Source: an uncultured Planctomycetales bacterium (GTDB taxonomy: Bacteria > Omnitrophota > Gorgyraeia > Gygaellales > Profunditerraquicolaceae). Taken from it: a stretch of 64,000 nt of DNA. Location: contig CAZRVK010000002.1 of assembly GCA_964603585.1 (NCBI GenBank), positions 115,513 through 179,512 on the forward strand. Reading direction: 5' to 3'. The translations under genes and the position numbers were made by a program. How positions within the stretch are numbered: the stretch's first letter is position 1; each line of letters starts with the position of its first letter. The notes under the pieces were generated by a model. The model was not told the DNA's origin. It saw only the letters and a program-made list of their open reading frames with translations, and did no database searches. Below, piece after piece: positions 9,244-19,078 of this stretch.

Positions 9244-12200
9244 TTTTTTGTCCCCTGATTCTTAATTTGTACGCTGCTTAAATCTTTCCCCTTCTGTTTA
9301 CGGTGGAATATAGCATACATCGTCGGCACAAAGAACATGGTGATCAAAGTCGACACGGTCAACCCCCCGATCATAGTGATCCCCAGAGGCTGCCAGGTCT
9401 CTGAACCTTCTCCCCGGGATAAAGCCAATGGCAAAAGCCCAACCAGTGTGGTAATAGTAGTCATCAGCACAGGCCTTAACCTCTCTCTGCCTCCTACAGT
9501 AACGGCTTCGTACATGGAAAACCCTCTTGCGCGTAAGATATGAATATAACTCACCAAAACTATGGCATTATTAACCACGATCCCCATCAACATCACTATG
9601 CCTAAGAAAGTCACTACGCTCAAGGTCGTACCTGTAGTAACAAAACCCAAAATAACCCCGATAAAAGTGAATGGTATCGCAAACATGATGATAAACGGAT
9701 CTAATAATGACTCGAATTGTGCCGCCATCACCATATAAACCAACGCGATCCCCATGATCAATAAAAGCGTGAGATCCTTAAAAGCCTTGCGTTGTTCTTC
9801 CGCCTCTCCACCCAGATTAAATGATATATCCGCGGGAACAGCTATTTTATCCAGTTCTTTCTTGAAATCCTCAACGATCTTTCCTGATGAACGCTTATAA
9901 GCGTTGCACTCAACCTTTACGACTCGTTCACGGTTCTTGCGGTCGATCTCCTGCGGTCCGGGAGATTCGTAGATTTTTGCGATATTGGCTAACTGGACCG
10001 GTTTTCTAACTACCCCTTTTATCTGTGCCAATTCGGCTAATGCGCCAAAAGAAGTTTTATCTTCCGGTAATGGTGGCAGAATTGATAAATTCTCGATATC
10101 CTCAATCTTTGCCCGGGAGGTATCTTCCAGCCGGACATAAATATCGTAGGTTTTACCTTTTTCCCGGTATTTAGTGGCGGTTGTCCCTTGAATAAAAGTT
10201 TTCAGGGTATCAGCGATAGTGTTCATATCCAAACCCAAAGCAGAGGCTTTTACCCTGTCTACTTCGATTTTCAGTTCCGGACGATTGAATTCACGGGAAA
10301 TGCTTACATCTACTGCTCCAGGGACATTCTCGAGTATTGCCTTTACCTTTTGGGCCAAAGCATCGGTTTCTTCAAAAGAATGGCCAATAATCTCTAATTG
10401 TATGCTTTTTCCCCCTCCTCCGGTAATTAACCTGCCGATCGGGTTCCCGGAAGAAACATCGGTTTTAATCACTCCCGGGATCAACTGTATATTGCGCCTC
10501 AACGCTTGAGCTACTTCGGAAACAGAACGCTTTCTTTCTGTTTTTACTACGAGTTTTACCCCGGCTGTGACAATATGCGTACCCGAGACATTCCCAAAAG
10601 CCCTGCCGATGCCGGGGATATTACCGCTTCGGACGTAGAAATACCTGGCTTCAGGGACTTCCTTATTAAACATCTCTTCGATCCTTTGCGCTACTTTATC
10701 GGTCTCTTCAACCCGCGTGCCGATAGGCAGGTTTACGGTAATCCGGACATCACCGGTGTCTTCTTCAGGTATAAATTCATTGCCCACAAATTTGGTCAGG
10801 GCTAAAGTAACGATAAAGGCGGCGAAAAACCCGATAACAATGACATTCTTATGCCTAAGTGCCCAGCCCAAGGAACGCCCGTAAAAAGCTTCCATCGCGC
10901 TAAACCACCGCTCGGACAAGTCATAAAATTTACTACTTTTCTTTTGCGTGCCATTTTGCGCAAAATTCAGCTTAAGCCATTTAGAGCACAACATTGGACT
11001 GAAAGTCGCTGCGGTAAAAAGCGAGGCTACCAAAGTCACAATAACAATTACCGCCAGTTCCCCGAATATTACCCCTACCACTCCCGGGATAAAAAGCATC
11101 GGCATAAATACTACTACCGTAGTTAAAGTAGAAGCGGCTACAGCCAAAAACATTTCAGAGGCTCCAAAGATCGAGGCTTCTTGCGGGCGTTCTCCTTTTT
11201 CGAAATGCCGGTAAACATTATCCACTATTACGATCGCGTTATCTACGACCATGCCGGAAGCAATGGCCAAAGAAGAAAGGCTGATAGTGTTAATAGTCTT
11301 GCCGCTTAAAAAAAGATAGATAAAACTGATTAACAGGGAAAAAGGAATAGTCAATGCGATGATCATGCTCGGGGCGAATTGACGCAAGAAAAACCATACC
11401 ACCAGGATCACCAGCAGAACCGCTAACCATACCGATGATGAAAGCGATTTCAACGAAACAATGATATCCTCCGAAGTATCGAATATCTTGATCATCTTGA
11501 CATCAGAAGGAAGTGTCTTTTTTAACTCATTCAGCCTTTTATGAACACGCCGCGCAACCTCCACAGCATTAGTGCCGCTTTGTTTCTGTATCATCATCGT
11601 CAATCCCGGCTTTCGATCAATGCGCACCAGTGTGGTTATTTCTTTAAAACCATCCTCGATCCTGGCCACATCCTTGAGATAGACAAACCCCTGGTCACGC
11701 CTGCCTAAAATAACTGTATTGATCTCTTCCGGAGTAGCAAATTCTCCGGGCAGACGGATCAAATAATCCGTAAGCCCCGATTTAATACTGCCTACGGGCT
11801 GGGTCACATTCTCCTGCTTCAATACATTCTGAATATCGAGTATGGAAAAACCATAACCTTCCAACCGTTGTTTATCAACCCAAATATTGATTTGCCGCTC
11901 CAATCCCCCCCCCTGGAACTGGACTGTGCCGACTCCTGGAAGCTGGCGCAGGGCGTCGCCGATCCTTTTATCGATCAAATCATAAAGTTCAGTATAGGTT
12001 TGTTCGGCGGTAAAACCGATAAAAAGGATCGGGATATTGGAAGTGTTAAATTTAAAAATAAACGGGTTCTCCATCTCCTCGGGGATATCCGGCAGGAGGC
12101 GTTTGGCCAATTCAATCCGATCACGGATATCATTGGAGGCTTCATCCAAATTAGTCCCCCAAACAAATTTTAAGGAAATCACCGATACCCCCTCGGAAGA

Positions 12201-12449
12201 AGAGGAGGTGATCTTTTCCAATCCCGGGGTAGTGGCGAGCTGATTCTCCAATTCCTCTGTCACTTTGATCTCAACATCCTCCGGACTTGCTCCGGGATAA
12301 GTAGAAATCACGCTGATAACCGGGGGTTCAATCTCGGGGAAGCTATCTATACCTAACCGCGATAGGCTATAAAAGGCCAAAAGTACGATCGAAGCAAAGA
12401 TCATTAAATTAGTAACCGGCCTTTTTACGCCAAATTCCGGTAAATTCAT
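9240..12449 (-). CDS. Efflux RND transporter permease subunit (AcrB/CzcA family)
   Basis: 1069 aa with 12 TM segments and two large periplasmic loops. The HAE-RND signature regions are present. Confidence 0.95.
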   Translation of the reverse strand: MNLPEFGVKRPVTNLMIFASIVLLAFYSLSRLGIDSFPEIEPPVISVISTYPGASPEDVEIKVTEELENQLATTPGLEKITSSSSEGVSVISLKFVWGTNLDEASNDIRDRIELAKRLLPDIPEEMENPFIFKFNTSNIPILFIGFTAEQTYTELYDLIDKRIGDALRQLPGVGTVQFQGGGLERQINIWVDKQRLEGYGFSILDIQNVLKQENVTQPVGSIKSGLTDYLIRLPGEFATPEEINTVILGRRDQGFVYLKDVARIEDGFKEITTLVRIDRKPGLTMMIQKQSGTNAVEVARRVHKRLNELKKTLPSDVKMIKIFDTSEDIIVSLKSLSSSVWLAVLLVILVVWFFLRQFAPSMIIALTIPFSLLISFIYLFLSGKTINTISLSSLAIASGMVVDNAIVIVDNVYRHFEKGERPQEASIFGASEMFLAVAASTLTTVVVFMPMLFIPGVVGVIFGELAVIVIVTLVASLFTAATFSPMLCSKWLKLNFAQNGTQKKSSKFYDLSERWFSAMEAFYGRSLGWALRHKNVIVIGFFAAFIVTLALTKFVGNEFIPEEDTGDVRITVNLPIGTRVEETDKVAQRIEEMFNKEVPEARYFYVRSGNIPGIGRAFGNVSGTHIVTAGVKLVVKTERKRSVSEVAQALRRNIQLIPGVIKTDVSSGNPIGRLITGGGGKSIQLEIIGHSFEETDALAQKVKAILENVPGAVDVSISREFNRPELKIEVDRVKASALGLDMNTIADTLKTFIQGTTATKYREKGKTYDIYVRLEDTSRAKIEDIENLSILPPLPEDKTSFGALAELAQIKGVVRKPVQLANIAKIYESPGPQEIDRKNRERVVKVECNAYKRSSGKIVEDFKKELDKIAVPADISFNLGGEAEEQRKAFKDLTLLLIMGIALVYMVMAAQFESLLDPFIIMFAIPFTFIGVILGFVTTGTTLSVVTFLGIVMLMGIVVNNAIVLVSYIHILRARGFSMYEAVTVGGRERLRPVLMTTITTLVGLLPLALSRGEGSETWQPLGITMIGGLTVSTLITMFFVPTMYAIFHRKQKGKDLSSVQIKNQGTKK

Positions 12450-13351
12450 TTTAAACCATTCTCCTGTTCAATGCTGACGACGGCATTATCATAAAGTTTT
12501 TGTTGGCCCATGATCACAACCATATCCCCGGATTTTACACCTTTTAGAACCTCCAAATACCCTCCCTGGCGAATACCCGCAACAACGTTACGCAAAACCG
12601 CCTTTTGGTTCTCTATTACATAAACAAAATTATTGGGTTCTTTCCCCAGTATAGCTTCTTTTAAAACTACAGGTATATTCTTATGCTGCTGCAAAATTAA
12701 ACTGACCCTGGCAAACATCCCAGATTTTAATTTCCCCCCCTGATTATCCACAGTAATCTGGATTGGGGCGGACCGGGTAGATAAATCTACTACCGGACTG
12801 ATTTTCGTTACTTTCCCCGGAAACTCATCCTGCGGGTAAGCATCCACGGTGATCATGGCCTCCTGGCCCAACAAAACCCGCGATAAATACTTTTCCGGGA
12901 CATCCAAATCTATTTTGACCTTCTCCATATTCACCACCAAAGCTATCGATGTATCAGGTCCGACAAGCTGCCCGATATCCGCGTAAAACCTCCCCACAAT
13001 CCCGCTCAAAGGGCTTTCTACCGGAGCCTTTTCAAATTTCAGCCCTACCTCATCACGGTCAATATAAGCAATGGCTTCGCCCTTCTTCACTACTGCCCCG
13101 TCCTCCTTAGACTTTTCGATCACCTTTCCGCTGACCTTAGGATAAACTATTGCTTCATCCTGGGCCTTGATATTGCCCACATATTCGATCACCTCATTTA
13201 AATCGCTTAAAACTATTTTGACTGCTTTAACAGGGATTATCTCCTGCGGCTTTTTCGTCTCTTGTTTATTTTGACAACCTAATAAAGGCGTAAAGAGCAA
13301 GGATACGCATATAAATATTGAGATTTGTTTTGGCTTGAAATTTGACATCAA
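12446..13351 (-). CDS. Efflux RND periplasmic adaptor (membrane fusion protein), lipoprotein
   Basis: Lipobox LLGC, then biotinyl-lipoyl and beta-barrel MFP domains. It overlaps the RND gene by 4 nt. Confidence 0.85.
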   Translation of the reverse strand: MMSNFKPKQISIFICVSLLFTPLLGCQNKQETKKPQEIIPVKAVKIVLSDLNEVIEYVGNIKAQDEAIVYPKVSGKVIEKSKEDGAVVKKGEAIAYIDRDEVGLKFEKAPVESPLSGIVGRFYADIGQLVGPDTSIALVVNMEKVKIDLDVPEKYLSRVLLGQEAMITVDAYPQDEFPGKVTKISPVVDLSTRSAPIQITVDNQGGKLKSGMFARVSLILQQHKNIPVVLKEAILGKEPNNFVYVIENQKAVLRNVVAGIRQGGYLEVLKGVKSGDMVVIMGQQKLYDNAVVSIEQENGLK

Positions 13352-14646
13352 AATCCCCCTGTGGCTTTATCGAAATTGGCTTTGGCAATAATATAATCGT
13401 AGACAGCCTGTTTTTTATTGAACATAGACACATTATACTGCAAATCCGCATCATTGAAATCAAGAAAACTTGCAATCCCCTGGTCTTTTTTTTGCTGAAA
13501 CACCGCCAGATTATCCTTATAAAACTTGATATTGCTTTCTGCGGTCTTTAACCCCGAAATAGCGTTTTTTAGACCCAGATAGGAATTCTTCAATTCTAAA
13601 GAAATATCTTTAACCGCTTTTTCTTTCAAAAGCTGTGCTTCCTTAAGATCAATGATCGCCTGCTCTACTTTGGCTTTAGTCGCCCAGCCATCGAATACCG
13701 GCCAAGAAAAAGTAAAACCCAGGGTATTATAATCATTCCAGGCTCGGCTGGAGCCGCTAGCGGTAGCGCCGGTAATAGTACCGGCGCTGGCGATTGCAGC
13801 GCTGTTCCGGCTGAAATACTCCCAGGAGGCAAATATCGTCGGGCGATTGCCTGCCTTGGCGATTTCGACTGCCTTTTTTGCCTGAATAGATTGGGCCTCA
13901 TACTGCCGGATTTCCGGACGGGTCCTCATTGCTTTCAAAAAAGCCTCATCATAGGCTATTTCCGCCGACTCATACTCAAGGGAAGAATCCGACCTTATTT
14001 TAACCTCATCATCAAGGTATAACAAATTCCTAATCAAAGCCTCCGCCGCAGTAAGCTGATTTAAAGAAATGTCATACGCCTGGCTGACACTGCTCAAAGA
14101 TTCCTCTATTTTCAAGATCTCTGAAGCCGAGGCTTGACCAGATTCATATCGCGCCTTTAAAAAGTTCAAATGTTCTTGAGTATTATCCAGTATCGCCTTA
14201 TTTAAGACAACAAAATTCTTGGTAAGAATAAAGGTATAAAATGCTTTTTTTACAGTCAATACCGTTTCTAATTTTGCCTGGTCGAGCAATGCCTGCGCCA
14301 CTTCCATCCCGGACTGGTTATATTTGATCGTGTTGATCAGGCTACCACCCTGGTAAAGTATCTGCCTTACCGTCGTCTGGGTAGTGCTCACGGCCAGGTC
14401 TTTCCTGGTCAATCCTTTAGTATCTGTCCAGCCTCCCATGAAATCCAATGAAGGCCAAAGGGCCCCGTACGATTCCGCGATCTTTTTCTTTGCCTTATTT
14501 ACATCCTCGGCTTTAAGCAACACATCCCGGTTATCCCGAAGCGCAATAGCAACCGCCTCATCTAAATTCAGGTTAACCTCTCCCGCTCTTAAAGGAAACG
14601 GCAGCATAAAGAAAATGAAGCAAAATACCACAGCTAAATTATTCAT
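13348..14646 (-). CDS. TolC-family outer membrane efflux protein
   Basis: 432 aa with a signal peptide and the two-repeat alpha/beta architecture of outer membrane factors. Confidence 0.85.
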   Translation of the reverse strand: MNNLAVVFCFIFFMLPFPLRAGEVNLNLDEAVAIALRDNRDVLLKAEDVNKAKKKIAESYGALWPSLDFMGGWTDTKGLTRKDLAVSTTQTTVRQILYQGGSLINTIKYNQSGMEVAQALLDQAKLETVLTVKKAFYTFILTKNFVVLNKAILDNTQEHLNFLKARYESGQASASEILKIEESLSSVSQAYDISLNQLTAAEALIRNLLYLDDEVKIRSDSSLEYESAEIAYDEAFLKAMRTRPEIRQYEAQSIQAKKAVEIAKAGNRPTIFASWEYFSRNSAAIASAGTITGATASGSSRAWNDYNTLGFTFSWPVFDGWATKAKVEQAIIDLKEAQLLKEKAVKDISLELKNSYLGLKNAISGLKTAESNIKFYKDNLAVFQQKKDQGIASFLDFNDADLQYNVSMFNKKQAVYDYIIAKANFDKATGGF

Positions 14647-15098
14647 TTGTTATCCAAATTATCTTCGAGAAGAATATCTTTTATCCTAGTTAAAATCCGC
14701 AGATACTGTCTTCGATCTTCCGCCGATATAGCGCTGAATATCCTAATCAGCATCCGGCGCTTGTGCTGGTTAATCTCCTTAACCAAGGTATTGCCCTCTG
14801 CAGTCAATCTAACTTTTATGATCCGCCTATCATTATTGTCAAAAACCCGCACCAGATACCCATCCCTGACCAGGCGGTCTACGATCCCGGTCATAGCCGC
14901 AGTGGTTACATTCATAAAATGCGCCAAATCCGACATATTAGACTGGCCGTTAGAATGTAAAAAACCCAGGATCAGGAATTGCGGCAGGGTGATCTTGCCC
15001 TTGAATTCCTGCATATGCCGGCGGGAGAATTCTTTCATGATCACCGGCATTATCTCATTCATTTTATCGGCGAATTCCGATAAGGAAGATTCAGACAA
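14643..15098 (-). CDS. MarR family transcriptional regulator
   Basis: Winged-helix sequence LAHFMNVTTAAMTGIVDRLVRDGYLVRVFDNNDRR. It is the first gene of the efflux operon. Confidence 0.85.
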   Translation of the reverse strand: MSESSLSEFADKMNEIMPVIMKEFSRRHMQEFKGKITLPQFLILGFLHSNGQSNMSDLAHFMNVTTAAMTGIVDRLVRDGYLVRVFDNNDRRIIKVRLTAEGNTLVKEINQHKRRMLIRIFSAISAEDRRQYLRILTRIKDILLEDNLDNK

Positions 15099-15192
15099 TA
15101 TTCAACCTCCTAAATAGTTAATGTTGTTAACTATAAATCATATTAAGTTTATCCCCAAAAAGCAAGAAAGTCAAGGAAAATATGCGGATAGG

Positions 15193-15453
15193 TCAAACGG
15201 CTGGATGGATGAAAAGTTTACGCAGGCTTAAAAACCATACGAACCCAAAGAATACCGAGAAAACTATAAGAAATACCCCCATAATCCTGGTATTTCGTAA
15301 TTCTTTAGGCATCGAGATTGGCTCAACCCGCCAATTAATTTGCGCATAGAAGATTCTTTGCATTTCTATCGCCAGTGCAGGAAAAATAACCAAAAAACAT
15401 CCAAAAGATAAATTCAATAAACCGACTATAATAATGCCAATAGAGACTATCAT
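15193..15453 (-). CDS. Small membrane protein (PadR-associated)
   Basis: 86 aa with two TM helices. Its start overlaps the PadR stop. Confidence 0.3.
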   Translation of the reverse strand: MIVSIGIIIVGLLNLSFGCFLVIFPALAIEMQRIFYAQINWRVEPISMPKELRNTRIMGVFLIVFSVFFGFVWFLSLRKLFIHPAV

Positions 15454-15965
15454 AGGGTTTTTATCAGCTCGGAAAGGAATTTTGCCTCTGTTTCTACCAT
15501 TTGCAAATTATGTTCTAAAATACTGACGCCGGAAGACGGTTTATCTTTTTTCAAATTACTCACCATTTGAGTCAGGCCAACAGTAAGTTTTTCCATCACA
15601 CGCAGGCGCGCGCGCAGCTTATGTTTAGCCAGATCCGGATCAATATAATTCAAGAAATACAGACTAAGATCGAGGCTGAATTCCGGACGCTTGAAATTGA
15701 GAAAACTCTGGGTGAGCAAATCCTGAAAACGCAACTGGCCTTTTTCAGTAAGTTCGTAAACAAATCGTTCTGGACGGCGATTGGGTTTATTCTTACGCTT
15801 TACAACCATGCCTTTTTTTTCCAGGACCCTCAAAGGATAATAAACTGACTTTAATTCTACCCCGGCAAATAAAGACAAAATCTCACGGATCTTTTTTTTG
15901 ATTTCATATCCGTGCTTGGGACTTTCCTTTAATAACCCTAACAAGATTATTTCGTGTTCGATCAT
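15450..15965 (-). CDS. PadR family transcriptional regulator
   Basis: [19 protein letters not shown]...[13 protein letters not shown] winged-helix PadR signature. Confidence 0.75.
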   Translation of the reverse strand: MIEHEIILLGLLKESPKHGYEIKKKIREILSLFAGVELKSVYYPLRVLEKKGMVVKRKNKPNRRPERFVYELTEKGQLRFQDLLTQSFLNFKRPEFSLDLSLYFLNYIDPDLAKHKLRARLRVMEKLTVGLTQMVSNLKKDKPSSGVSILEHNLQMVETEAKFLSELIKTL

Positions 15966-16909
15966 CCGAAAATGCCTATGCTTCTGAACTTTTGATACCT
16001 GTCTTCTAAAAGCTTTTCTGTGCTTTTAGACTTTAATTCCTTCAAATGTTTCAAGAGGATTTCCTTTAAGTTCTTTGCCGCGACCTGCGGATCACGATGG
16101 GCTCCGCCTAACGGCTCAAGGACCACTTCCTCAATGATCCCAAATTTCAAGAGATCACTGGCGGTTAATTTCAATACCTCCGCCGCATTCGGGGCTTTAC
16201 TCCCGCTTTTCCATAATATCGCGGCACACCCTTCAGGAGAAATAACCGAATAATAGGAATTTTCCATCACACAAACCCTATCGGCCACACCGATCCCCAA
16301 AGCGCCTCCTGACCCCCCCTCACCAATTACGGTAGCTATGATCGGGACGGCGATTCTGGTCATCTCGCGAAGATTAACTGCGATCGCCTGGGCTTGGCCG
16401 CGCTCCTCTGCACCGATCCCGGGATATGCCCCCGGGGTATCGATAAAAACCACCACCGGCAAACCAAATTTCTCCGCCAGACGCATCAACCGCAAGGCTT
16501 TCCGGTAACCTTCCGGATGGGCACATCCGAAATTACGCATCAGATTTTCTTTAGTGTCCCTTCCCTTTTGATGCCCCATTACCAAAACCCTTTGGCCGGC
16601 GATCTTGGCAAAACCGCAGATAAGCGCCCGGTCATCAGCAAACGTCCGGTCTCCATGAACCTCTATAAAATCCGTCATGATCATCGCGATATAATCCAAG
16701 GTATACGGCCTTTGCGGATGGCGGGCAATCTGCACTCTCTGCCAGGCAGTCAAATTGCTATACGTATCCTTCCTCAAATGTTCCAGTTTTTCTTCCAACC
16801 TCTTTACTTCAGAGGATAAATCTATTTTTTTATCGGAATGGAAGTTTTTTAACTCCTGGATCTTCTTTTCTAATTCCAAAATCGGTTTTTCAAAATCTAA
16901 TCCGGCCAT
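15962..16909 (-). CDS. accA: Acetyl-CoA carboxylase carboxyltransferase subunit alpha
   Basis: 315 aa with a [20 protein letters not shown] start and the conserved AccA core ([19 protein letters not shown]). Confidence 0.9.
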   Translation of the reverse strand: MAGLDFEKPILELEKKIQELKNFHSDKKIDLSSEVKRLEEKLEHLRKDTYSNLTAWQRVQIARHPQRPYTLDYIAMIMTDFIEVHGDRTFADDRALICGFAKIAGQRVLVMGHQKGRDTKENLMRNFGCAHPEGYRKALRLMRLAEKFGLPVVVFIDTPGAYPGIGAEERGQAQAIAVNLREMTRIAVPIIATVIGEGGSGGALGIGVADRVCVMENSYYSVISPEGCAAILWKSGSKAPNAAEVLKLTASDLLKFGIIEEVVLEPLGGAHRDPQVAAKNLKEILLKHLKELKSKSTEKLLEDRYQKFRSIGIFG

Positions 16910-16968
16910 AAGTTAATCCACAGTTAACAGATCACAGTCCATAGATATTCGATCCGCCTTTTGATTAA

Positions 16969-17793
16969 TTAGTCGACAATAGTTACTTCGGTGCCGATCG
17001 GAACAATCGCATATAATTCCTCTACCTCATTATTGGCCATACGCACACAGCCTTGCGTAACTTGTTTGCCCAGGGCTTTAGGTTCTGTTGTCCCATGAAT
17101 ACCATAGCTGGGCACATCGATCCCCATCCAGCGTGTGCCTAAAACGTTCTCTGGGCTGCCGGGAGGCACTACTGCTCCGGCCTTAAACCATGTGGGATCG
17201 ATCAGTTTATTGATTATCTTAAAAGTGCCGACCGGGGTCGAATTATTAGATCCGGTAGAAACAATATATGTTTTAAAAACCTCTTCATTGGTCTTTAGAA
17301 TAAGTATGTTCTGCGATTTATCCACCAGAATGCTAAAAGGCGCAGTCCACACTTTAAGTTTCCGGCCCAAGATGATCTTATCGCTGGATAAATTATTGCT
17401 TTTTTTGATCAATTCCGGGGTTGTATTGAATTGTTTGGCGATCTTAGCCAGAGTGTCCCCGGGTTTTATCTCATAAAGCTCGCTTTTAGGAGTGATCTCC
17501 GGAGAAAACAACTGCTTAATATTTAAATCTTCTATCTTCTTCTGCCAATTCATCACCTCGCTGGAATCAGGGAAATTATGAACCATTTCCTGATATAAAG
17601 ACCTTGTTTCCATTAAATCGCCTTTTATCTCTGCGGTTTTTGCCTTAGCTAACAAGGCTGAAAGTGACAATCCGGAAGAAGAATTATTCTTAACAGCTCC
17701 GGCATTCTTTTCTCCGAGGAATGATTTAACAACCACAAAAACAAGCAGTGCCACCATAAACAAAATAAAAACAGCCATAATTCTCTTAGCCAA
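16969..17793 (-). CDS. LysM domain-containing L,D-transpeptidase (YkuD family)
   Basis: LysM sequence (IKPGDTLAKIAKQF...) followed by a YkuD catalytic region (HGT...GCVRM). Confidence 0.8.
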   Translation of the reverse strand: MAKRIMAVFILFMVALLVFVVVKSFLGEKNAGAVKNNSSSGLSLSALLAKAKTAEIKGDLMETRSLYQEMVHNFPDSSEVMNWQKKIEDLNIKQLFSPEITPKSELYEIKPGDTLAKIAKQFNTTPELIKKSNNLSSDKIILGRKLKVWTAPFSILVDKSQNILILKTNEEVFKTYIVSTGSNNSTPVGTFKIINKLIDPTWFKAGAVVPPGSPENVLGTRWMGIDVPSYGIHGTTEPKALGKQVTQGCVRMANNEVEELYAIVPIGTEVTIVD

Positions 17794-17813
17794 TTCTAAA
17801 GCTCCCTTCTTTT

Positions 17814-18263
17814 CTATACATGGGCAAAAAAAGCCACCGCTGCCCCCAACAAGAACCCCGCAATAACCTCAACCGGGGTATGCCCGATCAACTCCCTTAA
17901 CCGGCCTTCGGGGATCTTGCCTTTCCAGTAAATATCTTCCATTATCCTATTCAATATCCTTGCCTGTCTGCCACTGGCTCTCCTGACCCCTTGGGCATCA
18001 AACATAACTACAATGGCAAAAGAAGCGGCCAAAGCAAAATGTACGGAATCAAAGCCATATTGCAAACCTACCGCAACCGCTAAACAAGAAGCACCGGCAG
18101 CATGACTCGAAGGCATACCACCAGTACCTACAAACCAGCGAAAATCGAATTTATGCTCAACAATTATCCCGATAATCACTTTTATGGTTTGAGCAATAAC
18201 CCAAGTAAAAAGGGTGGTGATAAAAATCTTGTTCTTGCCTATTTGCGCAAATATTTCTTCCAT
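17814..18263 (-). CDS. Divergent PAP2 family membrane protein (YuiD/DUF212)
   Basis: 149 aa with a GGMPSSHAA motif and four TM helices. Confidence 0.75.
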   Translation of the reverse strand: MEEIFAQIGKNKIFITTLFTWVIAQTIKVIIGIIVEHKFDFRWFVGTGGMPSSHAAGASCLAVAVGLQYGFDSVHFALAASFAIVVMFDAQGVRRASGRQARILNRIMEDIYWKGKIPEGRLRELIGHTPVEVIAGFLLGAAVAFFAHV

Positions 18264-18266
18264 GAT

Positions 18267-18887
18267 CTATTGAGCTGGGGCGGGAATGACTTCGATCTTA
18301 ATTTTAGCAGGAAAAGTAGATTTGCCGTCTTTAACCACAAACCCTTGGTTGCCGGCTTCGGCCTTATCCTTGCTGATCTTCTGTTTTATCTCCTTGCCTA
18401 CCTTGTGAACCTGCACCCTTAATTCCCGGATAGCTTTCTTAAGTTCGACTACAGACCCCATTCTCACCTTAAAAGCCTCGTTTTCCTGAATAATCCGGGA
18501 AAGGTCGGAATTAATCTTGTCTTTTTCCATTTTTAAATCTGCATTTTCTGATTTTAACGCAGTCAACTGTAAATTCAGTTCTTCTGCACTCTTTTGCGCT
18601 TGCGACAGGGTATCTTCTAATTTCATTATTGTATCCTGGCTGCTTTTTAAGGTCCCCTTGATCTCATTATTCTGTTGTTCCAGCTGCTGTTGATATTCTT
18701 TTTCTTTCTCTAATGTTTGCAACAACTTTTGTTTGTCGTTTTGCAAAACGTCCAAACTCTCCTCCATTTGATCCATCTGCTTCTGCAGATCATAATGTTC
18801 CTTGAGAGAAGAATAATATTTATATCCGCTGAATATAGAAATCCCTGCCAGCAGAGTGATCAGGATCGCCATTTTATTTTTAACCAT
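18267..18887 (-). CDS. Membrane-anchored coiled-coil protein
   Basis: An N-terminal TM helix followed by a long heptad-rich Q/E/K-rich region. Confidence 0.4.
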   Translation of the reverse strand: MVKNKMAILITLLAGISIFSGYKYYSSLKEHYDLQKQMDQMEESLDVLQNDKQKLLQTLEKEKEYQQQLEQQNNEIKGTLKSSQDTIMKLEDTLSQAQKSAEELNLQLTALKSENADLKMEKDKINSDLSRIIQENEAFKVRMGSVVELKKAIRELRVQVHKVGKEIKQKISKDKAEAGNQGFVVKDGKSTFPAKIKIEVIPAPAQ

Positions 18888-19078
18888 AATCCAGCCCCTT
18901 TTAGTATTCTTTATTATATAAAGAGCCAGGAAAAAAGCAAGCCATTTCTTGCAATAAAAGCAGTGAGATTTCCGGGTTCTATGCGTCTATTAAATTGAAA
19001 GAAGCGGGTTAAAGCCAACTGGCATACCCTCTGACCACCATTATTGCACTATAACAAACCATAAGAAAGGAGAAATGT

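Noticed and set aside
9337-12243. Several 60 to 100-aa plus-strand ORFs inside the RND permease gene, and similar antisense ORFs inside purH, EF-G, KS and TolC
   Set aside because: They are antisense to strongly supported long CDS, have low-complexity composition and lack RBS or start context. I take them as random open frames in an AT-rich genome.
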